The notes below the pieces were generated by a model. The model searched no databases, was not told the origin of the DNA, and was given only the letters and a program-made list of their open reading frames with translations. Positions 26,728-34,837 of a stretch of 64,000 bases of DNA are shown here, one piece after another. This DNA comes from Planctomycetota bacterium (lineage in GTDB: Bacteria > Planctomycetota > MHYJ01 > WSZJ01), in the NCBI GenBank assembly GCA_038060895.1, contig JBBTCT010000001.1, positions 96,001 through 160,000 of the forward strand. The letters run 5' to 3'. Positions within the stretch are counted from its first letter, which is position 1. Each line of letters opens with the position of its first letter. A program made the position numbers and the translations under genes.

Positions 26728-27126
26728 ATGCCTCTCGAACCCGAACGACGGGATTTCGTTCGCGTGGCCGCGGACATCATCGTCCGCTACCGCTTCAGGT
26801 CCGTCCCGCGCAAAGACGCGGACGCGACCGACAAGGTGTTGTCCGGGGCGACGACGAACCTGTCAGGGGGCGGGCTTCTCCTGCGCGGGCCCATCCCGGA
26901 GATTTCCATTGTGACGCAGCTCGTCACCGGCAAGGCGACGCTCGACGTCGAGCTGACGCTTCCGTCCGACCCCCGACCGATCATGGCGAAAGCGCGGTGC
27001 GCGTGGGTAGAAACGGTGGAAGAAGAGACGCTGAGGTGCCACCTCGGCCTGCGCTTCACCGAAATCACGGCGGAGGACAAGGAGCGGATTTTCCGCTACG
27101 TCATCCGCGTGCAGATGCCGGTCTGA
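26728..27126 (+). CDS. PilZ domain protein, tandem paralog
   Basis: ERRDFVR, NLSGGG; collinear with the upstream paralog. Confidence 0.8.
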   Translation: MPLEPERRDFVRVAADIIVRYRFRSVPRKDADATDKVLSGATTNLSGGGLLLRGPIPEISIVTQLVTGKATLDVELTLPSDPRPIMAKARCAWVETVEEETLRCHLGLRFTEITAEDKERIFRYVIRVQMPV

Positions 27127-27223
27127 GGGCTGCGGAGGGAGAGGCAGGCGGATGGTCGGCGAAATGCTGCCGCCCGCCCGCCTGCCTCTCCCTCCTTCGC
27201 CCTCAGACCGGCATCTGCACGCG
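27106..27223. repeat. 118-bp near-perfect inverted repeat covering the 3' end of the second PilZ gene
   Basis: 27106-27130 is the exact reverse complement of 27199-27223; inner 18-bp perfect stem. Confidence 0.9.
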
Positions 27224-27234
27224 CACCTAAAAAC

Positions 27235-28737
27235 ATGAAAGAATCCGACACCGTCGAGGAAGTCTCACCGGGCGCCTCCGTGGATTTCTGGCGAGCGCGG
27301 ATCACCGTGATCCTCGGGCCGATTCTGTTTGTGCTGATCTGGTTCCTGCCGCTGCCGCTTCCGGAGCAGGCTCACCGTCTGGCGGCGGTCATGGCGCTCG
27401 TGGTCACCTGGTGGATCGGCGAGCCGGTGCCCGTCGCCGTCACGGCGCTGCTCGGTCCTACACTGGCGCTGCTGGTGGGCGCGGTTCCCGGGAAGTCGGC
27501 CAGGGAGGCGGTGGAATTCGCCTACAAGGGTTTTGGGAACCCGATCCTGATGCTGTTTGTCGGGGGTTTCTTCATCGCCGAGGCCATGACCGTGCACGGC
27601 CTGGACCGCCGGATGGCGATGAGGATTCTCTCGTTCCGGGCATTCTCGGCCTCTCCGGCGCGGATGGTGGCAGGGCTGGGGCTTTGCTCGTGGCTTCTCT
27701 CTATGTGGATGTCGAACACGGCGACGACCGCGCTTCTCATCCCCATCGCGGCGGGGATGCTCTCGGTCTGCCGGGAAGGCCGGCCGATCGGGCGGCTGGA
27801 CGCCGCGGTCATGCTCATGCTCCCCTTCGCGGCGACGGTCGGCGGCCTCGGGACTCCTGTCGGCACGGCGCCGAACATGATCGGAATCGCGCAGATGACG
27901 AAAGAAGCGGGGCACACGTTCGGATTCGTGTCCTGGATGAAGTACGGCGTCGTGGTGGGCGGAATCATGATGGTCGCGCTGGCGCTGCTGTTGACGCGCG
28001 GCCTCGGCACGACGGGCGCGGACCTCCGGGGCCACGCGCTGGAAGAACGCAAGAAGCTCGGGCCGATGAAGCGCGGGGAGTGGATCACCCTGGCGTCCTT
28101 CGCGCTCGCCGTCTCCCTCTGGATCGCGACCGGACTCGTCCAGGCGATCGACTGGAAGCGGGCGTCGAACTGGCTCGAGGGGCATCTGCCCGAAGGCGCG
28201 ATCGCGCTGGTGGCCTCTTCCCTTCTGTTCGTCCTGCCTGCGGCCCGCGGCCGCCCTGCCCTGACGTGGAAGGAGGCGTCGCGCATCGACTGGGGGACGC
28301 TCCTCCTCCTCGGAGGCGGCCTGTGCCTCGGGGACCTGATGAAAGACACCGGCCTGTCCAAGGCGATCGGGGAAGGCGTCGTCGGTCACCTCCAGGTCAG
28401 GACCGCCTTCGGCCTGATGGCCGCTTCGGCCGGCCTCGCGATCGTGCTGTCCGAAGTGACGTCGAATACTGCCACGGCGACGATGCTCGTGCCGGTCGTG
28501 ATCAACATCGCGAAGTCGGCGGGCATCGATCCGATTCCGCCCGCGCTCGCGGCCACGTTCGGCTGCTCGTTCGGGTTCATGCTCCCGGTGTCGACGCCGC
28601 CCAACGCGCTGGCTTACGGCACAGGGATGGTCCCGATCGCGACGATGGTGAAGCGCGGGGCGATCTTCGACGTCATCGGCTTCGTGCTCATCGTGGTCGG
28701 AATTGCCACGCTGGTGCCCCTGTTCGGGCTGAAATAG
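27235..28737 (+). CDS. DASS/SLC13 family sodium:dicarboxylate/sulfate symporter
   Basis: SMWMSNTAT, GGLGTPVGTAPN, SNTATA, MLPVSTPPNA. Confidence 0.9.
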   Translation: MKESDTVEEVSPGASVDFWRARITVILGPILFVLIWFLPLPLPEQAHRLAAVMALVVTWWIGEPVPVAVTALLGPTLALLVGAVPGKSAREAVEFAYKGFGNPILMLFVGGFFIAEAMTVHGLDRRMAMRILSFRAFSASPARMVAGLGLCSWLLSMWMSNTATTALLIPIAAGMLSVCREGRPIGRLDAAVMLMLPFAATVGGLGTPVGTAPNMIGIAQMTKEAGHTFGFVSWMKYGVVVGGIMMVALALLLTRGLGTTGADLRGHALEERKKLGPMKRGEWITLASFALAVSLWIATGLVQAIDWKRASNWLEGHLPEGAIALVASSLLFVLPAARGRPALTWKEASRIDWGTLLLLGGGLCLGDLMKDTGLSKAIGEGVVGHLQVRTAFGLMAASAGLAIVLSEVTSNTATATMLVPVVINIAKSAGIDPIPPALAATFGCSFGFMLPVSTPPNALAYGTGMVPIATMVKRGAIFDVIGFVLIVVGIATLVPLFGLK

Positions 28738-28741
28738 GCGC

Positions 28742-31700
28742 TTAGCGGAAAAGCAGCAGCCGGCCGTTGTACTGGATCCAGACCGTTCCGCCCTGTTCCC
28801 CGGCGCCACGCAATGGGCCGCCGGCCGCATCCGGGGCCGGCTCGACCTCCCAGAGAAGTTTGCCAGACCGCGGCTGCCAGCACCGGATGGTCGCCGCAAG
28901 GGAGTCTTTCGAGTTCCCCGCCCAGGTCATCACGAATCCTTCGCCCGAAGCCATCAGGCCCTCGGCCGCATCGCCAGACGCAAGCGTCACCTTCCAGGCC
29001 TGCTTCAGGTCCGCGCCATCGACCGCGTACTTGCGAAGCGTCGCGGCCGGCCGATCCCCCGCCTGCCCACGGCGTGTCGCAACGTAGAGCACGCCGTCCC
29101 CTCCGAATCCGAGCCCGTAAGGATCGGGGAGACCGTCGGGTAGCGGGGCGATGAGGGGTTTCTGCACCGGATTGGGTGAAGCGAGGATGACGCGCCGAGT
29201 GGCGCCGTACGCCAGCGCCGCCCGGCCGCCGCCGGCAGCGAACGCGTCCGGAACACCTTTCTGGCCACCAAGGTCCCTGGAAATCTCGACGTTTGTGAAG
29301 AGGTCGTAGGAGGCGAGCATGTTCGCTTCGCGGAGGTAGACCAGCCTTCCCCCGTCCAGCGCCGCAGCGAGGCGGGGCGAATTCGGGATCGTCGAGGCGT
29401 TCAGGTCGCGCTTCTCGACTCCCGTCGCCACATCCATGAGCCTGAGATGGCCTCCGACTCCGCGGCGTTCGCACTTCACGAGCAACCCGCACCCGGAAAC
29501 CGCAAAGAGGTCGGTCACGTCGCTGTTGCTTTCGCGGTAGAGCCAGAGGGGGCGGCCCGCGGCTGCGTCGATGGCCTCGAGGGAGACGTCGCGCTCGTTG
29601 GGATTGGGCTGGCCTGCGGTGGCGACGGGGGTCCAGGAGAGGAAGAGACGGCCATCGGCGGCGGCGGCGTGGGTGATGCGGGCGGCGCGGGGGTGCACGG
29701 GGCAATGGATCCAGACCGTCTCGCCGGACGCGGGGAGTACGGCCTGGACGGTCGCAGCACGGATGATCATGAGGAGGCCGCCGTCGGCGAAGAGCAGGCG
29801 TTCGACGGGTTCTGCCGGCTCGGTGTCCGCATCGCGACGGCCGTTGGTGAACGTCAATGTCATGGCCTTGCCCTTCCGGCGCACCGTCAGCCTGATTTCC
29901 TTCCCGGGGGAAGCGGAAATCAGGCGGCGCAGCTGGTCCTGGTTTCGCAGAACTTCGCCGTTCCACTGCTCCGCGATGTCGGCCGCGACAATGCCGCCGC
30001 GATCCGCGGCTCCGCCAGGGACGACCGCTCCGAATTGCGTGGAGCCGTCCGACATCGGTTCGAAGGTGACGCCGAGGTAGCCGCGCGGATCGGTCGAGGT
30101 CCAGAGGGTCGCGTCCGTTTCTGCGTCGCGGGCCTCCAGCACAGCGGCGCGCTGGACGAAGACCACGCGCGCGGGGTCCAGCCCGGCCCAGGAACCTTCA
30201 GGGACGATCAGGACCGGCCCCGGATCGCGCGCCACGGTGTTCTGTCGAGCGACGCGCACCTTGTCGGCGTCGGCGACACGCCACTCGCGCCACAGAACGG
30301 GACCCGGACGCTCCGCGGCCGAAGCCGTGCCGGGGCGAAGCGCCCGCAGGGCGGCCGCCGCTTCCGGTCCGGTCATGTCCTTGCCGGCCACCTTGACGGT
30401 TTCGGTCGCGTGGCAGCGTTCCAGTCGCGCGGCGGCTCCCTCGAGGCGCTCCCAGGCGCCGGCGCGGGCGAAGAGCTCGCCGGCTCGCGCGACGTACAGG
30501 CCGCTTCCCGCGGCGGCTTCGGGACGGCGGGCGACCTCGAGCAGGGCGAGTCCGGCCTCGGACGTGCGCCCCTCCACCTCGAGGCGGTCCGCGAGCAGGC
30601 TGGCGGCGGCGCCGGCGCTGGAGCTGTTGGGGAAATTCTCCCACAACTTGCGAAGCTCGTCCGAAGAGCCTTTCTCCTTCAGCTTCTCCAGGAGATCTTT
30701 CGCCTTTTTCTCGACGTCCTCGTACAGGTCGAGCCCGTGTTCGAGCACGATCTCCCGGATCTTGTCCTCTGCAAACTGGCGCACCGGCCGCGCGAGCCCG
30801 GCATCCGTCACGAGCAGCTTCTCGCCGTATTTCTCGATGACTTCCTGGTACACGGCGACGGCCGCTTTCCACTGCCCCTGCTTTTCCAGGCATTCGCCCA
30901 GGTCGCGGAAGACATCTCCGAGCGGAGCTTCCGCGGGCGCCGAGGCCACGGCCTTGGCGAAGTGCTCGATCGCGTCGGCGAATTTTCCAGAGCGCTTGGC
31001 GGCCTCGCCGAGCGTCAGGTGCAGCTCCATGATCCTCGTCTTCGCGCGGCTCGCCCGAACGGGGTCGCTGGTGGCGGCGGCGACGGCGATTTTCTCGTAG
31101 TCCGCAATCGCGCCGGCGTAGGTCGTTGGATTCCGGGCGAGAACCTCGGCGTGGCGCTCGAGTTTCACCAGGTCGGGATTCGCCGCGCTGAGCACGTCCG
31201 CGTAGCCCTTGTCGAACGTCTCGCGGTCCGTGAAGCAGGTGATGCCCGCGGGGCTGAGCGTCAGCATCCGGTCGCCGACGAGCAGGATCGTCCCCGCATC
31301 GACCGTCTTCGTGTCGTCCTGCCACTTCGCGTCGAAGGACAGCTTGTAACTCTTCGAGTCGTACACGCAGATCGCCGAGTCGAGAGGAAGGTAGAACTTG
31401 TCGGCGGAGAGGAAGCCCCTGCCGGACACACGGACCTGAAGGGTGCCGGTCGTGAGCTGATTCGTGCTGATTTCTGCAGGATTGGAGCGGTCGATTTTCG
31501 AGAGGTCGATCGCGAACGCAAACGCCGTCCCCTGGAACCAGGCGCGCTCTTCCCGGATTCCGATGAACCACCGCACGGAGTCAGTGCCGGTGGCCCCGGC
31601 CTTTTCCTTGAGGCGGGCGGGAATCGACAGGATTTTCTTCCCGGTCCGCGCGTCGTACTCCATGTAATTGTCGCCGTCGCCGGCAACGAAGCACACGCGC

Positions 31701-33328
31701 CGGTCGATGACGACGATCGGGCTCAAACCGCGGCCGTTGCGGTCGTTCACCTGCTGCTGCCACCGGCGGTTGTTCGGCTGCGGCTTCGCGCCGCCGGCCT
31801 CGTACTCCGTCAGCCACAGCACCTCGGCCGTCGCCGCCTGCACCGCCGCGAGCGCGCCGATGTTGGTATTGACGAAGAGAATCCCGCCCGACTCCGAGAT
31901 GACGGGCGCTTCGGTGGGCAGGAAGCCGCCCCATCCGGGATTGGCGCGGCGCAGTTCGCAGAGGAACACCTTGCGCAGCAATTTTCCGGTGTCTGCGTCG
32001 AGGACGAGGAGGTCGGCGGTCGGCGCCGCCTGCCCCGAGGACGTCACGGCGGCATAGACGCGTCCGCCGTACACCACCGGAGGCGACCCGAACCAGACGT
32101 TCTGCAGGTCCGGATCTGGGTCCGTCTGGGTCGACCAGAGCTGCGTGCCGATGTCCAGCGCGAACGCCGCCAGGAACGTCGGGTCGTTGTTCGCGCCCAT
32201 GTTGACCTGGCGCGGGAGGAAATTCACGTAGACCCGGCCGTCCGCAATCACGGGCGCCACCATGCTCATCACGCGCGGCTGCCCGATCATCGCCTGCACG
32301 AAAATCGACTTCGCGTTGGAGGCCGGAGGGTTGACCCACAGCTCTCGCCCGTCCTCGAGCGACAGCGCCCACACGCTCGCGCCGTCGGCAATCACGACTT
32401 CTCCACCGGGGCCGACCGCCGGGTAGGCCTGCAGGAAGGGAACCTGGACCTGGTTGCGCCCCACGACCTGGCGCGCCTGGTTCATGTGCGCCGTCAGCTC
32501 TTCCCCACTCAACCCCGGAAAAGACCAGAGACGCACGTCGTTCCTCGAACGCGAGTCGCTCACCCGCGTCCCCGCGTTGTTCCCGCCGATCCGCGGCCAG
32601 TCCGTGCCGCGGTCCGTCCGCATACGCGCCGGCTCCACCTTCGCCAGGACCCCGACCGCTTCCTTCGCTGTTATGCGCTTTCCCGCAATCGTCAGCGGCG
32701 CGTCCCCCAGCGCCTCCAGCCGGGCCTTCGCTTCCGCCCATCCCGCTTCATCCCCCGCCCGCCGGCAGGCCGCCGCCCATTTCGCCACCAGCGGCGCCAT
32801 CGCGACGTCGGGACTCGGGTAGAGGCGCGCGGCGAGTTCCCAGTAATGAAGCGCGTCTTCGAGCCGGCCCTGCTCGGCGCAGGCGTCGGCGAGGCGGACG
32901 GCCGCGTCGTCGCCCACGGAGGTGAAGAAGTAGTCGTTCACGACGCGTTCGAGCCCGACGCCGCCCTCCTTGATGGCCTGCTCGAAGAGCGACTTCGCTA
33001 CGGCGTCGTTCGCGGTCCGGTACGCCGTCAGTCCCTCGATGGGGAATTTCGAAATCCGCTCGAAGACGTGCCGGCGCACGCCCCGCCACATCTTCGAGTC
33101 CTTCCCGTCGGGCGTCATGCTGTCGGGATGCTCCCGCAGGACGCGCGCGTACTTGTCCACCGCGAGGTCCCAGTTTCCGTTCTTCTCGGCTTCAGCCGCC
33201 TGCTTGAGAAGCGGCTCGGCCTCGTCGGTTTCGACGTAGATCGGGCTCTCGACCCCTTCCTGGGCCCGGACGGACGCAGCCAGGGCGGCCGAGAAGAGAA
33301 AGGCGACGGCCATGTGTCGCGGCATCAT
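28742..33328 (-). CDS. Large secreted TPR + PQQ-like beta-propeller + PDZ protein
   Basis: Signal peptide; DGRELW, TGKLL and AEVLW propeller motifs; TPR-like helices; GYLGV...GGAADRGGI PDZ. Confidence 0.8.
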   Translation of the reverse strand: MMPRHMAVAFLFSAALAASVRAQEGVESPIYVETDEAEPLLKQAAEAEKNGNWDLAVDKYARVLREHPDSMTPDGKDSKMWRGVRRHVFERISKFPIEGLTAYRTANDAVAKSLFEQAIKEGGVGLERVVNDYFFTSVGDDAAVRLADACAEQGRLEDALHYWELAARLYPSPDVAMAPLVAKWAAACRRAGDEAGWAEAKARLEALGDAPLTIAGKRITAKEAVGVLAKVEPARMRTDRGTDWPRIGGNNAGTRVSDSRSRNDVRLWSFPGLSGEELTAHMNQARQVVGRNQVQVPFLQAYPAVGPGGEVVIADGASVWALSLEDGRELWVNPPASNAKSIFVQAMIGQPRVMSMVAPVIADGRVYVNFLPRQVNMGANNDPTFLAAFALDIGTQLWSTQTDPDPDLQNVWFGSPPVVYGGRVYAAVTSSGQAAPTADLLVLDADTGKLLRKVFLCELRRANPGWGGFLPTEAPVISESGGILFVNTNIGALAAVQAATAEVLWLTEYEAGGAKPQPNNRRWQQQVNDRNGRGLSPIVVIDRRVCFVAGDGDNYMEYDARTGKKILSIPARLKEKAGATGTDSVRWFIGIREERAWFQGTAFAFAIDLSKIDRSNPAEISTNQLTTGTLQVRVSGRGFLSADKFYLPLDSAICVYDSKSYKLSFDAKWQDDTKTVDAGTILLVGDRMLTLSPAGITCFTDRETFDKGYADVLSAANPDLVKLERHAEVLARNPTTYAGAIADYEKIAVAAATSDPVRASRAKTRIMELHLTLGEAAKRSGKFADAIEHFAKAVASAPAEAPLGDVFRDLGECLEKQGQWKAAVAVYQEVIEKYGEKLLVTDAGLARPVRQFAEDKIREIVLEHGLDLYEDVEKKAKDLLEKLKEKGSSDELRKLWENFPNSSSAGAAASLLADRLEVEGRTSEAGLALLEVARRPEAAAGSGLYVARAGELFARAGAWERLEGAAARLERCHATETVKVAGKDMTGPEAAAALRALRPGTASAAERPGPVLWREWRVADADKVRVARQNTVARDPGPVLIVPEGSWAGLDPARVVFVQRAAVLEARDAETDATLWTSTDPRGYLGVTFEPMSDGSTQFGAVVPGGAADRGGIVAADIAEQWNGEVLRNQDQLRRLISASPGKEIRLTVRRKGKAMTLTFTNGRRDADTEPAEPVERLLFADGGLLMIIRAATVQAVLPASGETVWIHCPVHPRAARITHAAAADGRLFLSWTPVATAGQPNPNERDVSLEAIDAAAGRPLWLYRESNSDVTDLFAVSGCGLLVKCERRGVGGHLRLMDVATGVEKRDLNASTIPNSPRLAAALDGGRLVYLREANMLASYDLFTNVEISRDLGGQKGVPDAFAAGGGRAALAYGATRRVILASPNPVQKPLIAPLPDGLPDPYGLGFGGDGVLYVATRRGQAGDRPAATLRKYAVDGADLKQAWKVTLASGDAAEGLMASGEGFVMTWAGNSKDSLAATIRCWQPRSGKLLWEVEPAPDAAGGPLRGAGEQGGTVWIQYNGRLLLFR

Positions 33329-33425
33329 GCGTCGATCCCCTGAGCGGACGGTCCTTCAATGAAACGGGGCGGGCGAACGGGTCTTCCCCCGTCACGCCCG
33401 CCCCCGTGGATGGCGAATTCCCGGG

Positions 33426-34124
33426 CTACTTGTACTGGCGCAGCTTCTCGACGAGCGTGGAGACCTGTCCGTGGCCCTCTTTCGTCTGCACCACGATCAG
33501 AATGCCGTTCTGGATTTCGACCGAGCATTTCGGGTTGTCGTTCCAGCTGGTGCCGCAGGTGTGGTTCTTGATCAGGTCGACGAGGACGGTCGGGTCGTCC
33601 AGCGACGAACTGGAATCCTCGCTCGCAGTCACCTCGACGCCGATTCCCTCGGAGGTTCCCGCGCCGCTTCCCAGGCTGATTTCCGGCGCCTTGAAGTCGC
33701 GCAGGTGCAGAAGCAGGTCGCGGACGTCGTACAGCTCGAGGTAGGTCTCTTTCTTCGTCTCCTCCATCGTGACGATCATCACGACGCCTTCCTCGATCCT
33801 GTAGCTCAAGTCCACCATCTTGGTGATGAGCGCGAGGCAGTCGGTCGCCTTGAGCTCGTCCACCTTGAGCGTCACGGGGTGATCCTCGCCCCCGTCTTTG
33901 ACGCCTTTCGAGATCAGAATGTTCACGCTCGTGACTTCGCGGAAGAAGTCCACGACCTCGGTCAGCGGGGCGTCGGTGAAATTGAGCGACACCTTCAGCG
34001 TCTCGAGCATCGCGATCGTCTTGCGGTCCTCCTCCGACTTCGCCTCGAGCTTCGGGCCATCGGCCCGGGCAATCGCGGCGCAGGCGAGAAGAGCAGTAGC
34101 GCATAGCAGGTTGGACGTTTTCAT
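33426..34124 (-). CDS. Secreted secretin-N/STN-like domain protein
   Basis: VSLNFTDAPLTEVVDFFREVTSVNI, YDVRDLL, LIVVQT. Confidence 0.65.
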   Translation of the reverse strand: MKTSNLLCATALLACAAIARADGPKLEAKSEEDRKTIAMLETLKVSLNFTDAPLTEVVDFFREVTSVNILISKGVKDGGEDHPVTLKVDELKATDCLALITKMVDLSYRIEEGVVMIVTMEETKKETYLELYDVRDLLLHLRDFKAPEISLGSGAGTSEGIGVEVTASEDSSSSLDDPTVLVDLIKNHTCGTSWNDNPKCSVEIQNGILIVVQTKEGHGQVSTLVEKLRQYK

Positions 34125-34240
34125 GTCTCACTCCGTTCCAAACGGCTCCCCCCGCTCGGAAGGCCGATCATTGTAAAGAAAAGTGGCAATGCGGAGATAG
34201 CGGAAAATGAAGTGGCGCGTGGCGGTCGACGAAGAGGAAC

Positions 34241-34837
34241 TCAGGGCTGAGCGGTGAAGAATGAGAGGGCGGTTTGGCCGTACTTGCGGACCTCGTCTGG
34301 CGTAAATCCTGACGGAGCATTGAGTTCCGCGCTGGAGCGGTGCTCGACTACCAGCCAGGCACCATTTCGAAGCGCGCCTTCTGACTTCAGCCGCGACAGC
34401 AGCGCCCGAAACTTCTCGCGAGCTTCCGGCTCGTCGATGAAAGCATAAGGCGGGTCGGCAAACGCCAGGTCAGCCCCTTCTCCCGCCACCTCGACCAACC
34501 GCTGCGCGACATCGCCGTCAAGCACGCGCAGCCGAGGTTCACATTTCAGTTTCGAGGCGCTCGCCCGGATCGCCGAAAGGCACGCGGCGTCCTGTTCGAA
34601 AACCGTCGCGGAAGCCGCCCCGCGGGAGAGCGCTTCGAACGAAAGTGCTGCAGTTCCCGCGTACAGGTCCAGCACGCGCGCCCCTTCCATCGCGCCCAGC
34701 ACGTTGAAGATCGCCGCGCGAACCTTCGCGAGCGCGGGCCGCGCGACTCGGCCCGGGGGAGAGAAGATCCGAGTCCCGGACCATGCGCCGCCCGTAAGGC
34801 GGATCGGGCCCGGCGAGGCGCCACGGGACACGGTCAC
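34241..34837 (-). CDS. rsmD: 16S rRNA m2G966 methyltransferase
   Basis: VLDLYAGT, EALSRGA, FADPPY, KYGQT. Confidence 0.85.
   Translation of the reverse strand: MTVSRGASPGPIRLTGGAWSGTRIFSPPGRVARPALAKVRAAIFNVLGAMEGARVLDLYAGTAALSFEALSRGAASATVFEQDAACLSAIRASASKLKCEPRLRVLDGDVAQRLVEVAGEGADLAFADPPYAFIDEPEAREKFRALLSRLKSEGALRNGAWLVVEHRSSAELNAPSGFTPDEVRKYGQTALSFFTAQP

Noticed and set aside
27124-27126. TGA followed by a hairpin as a second Sec site in the PilZ gene
   Set aside because: The paralog ends at the same position with TAG (VQMPS versus VQMPV), so this is a true stop.
29447-33343. Very long antisense/shadow ORFs (also 52163-55183, 34963-37380, 8882-11539, 58314-59885)
   Set aside because: Expected opposite real genes in high-GC DNA; no recognisable motifs.
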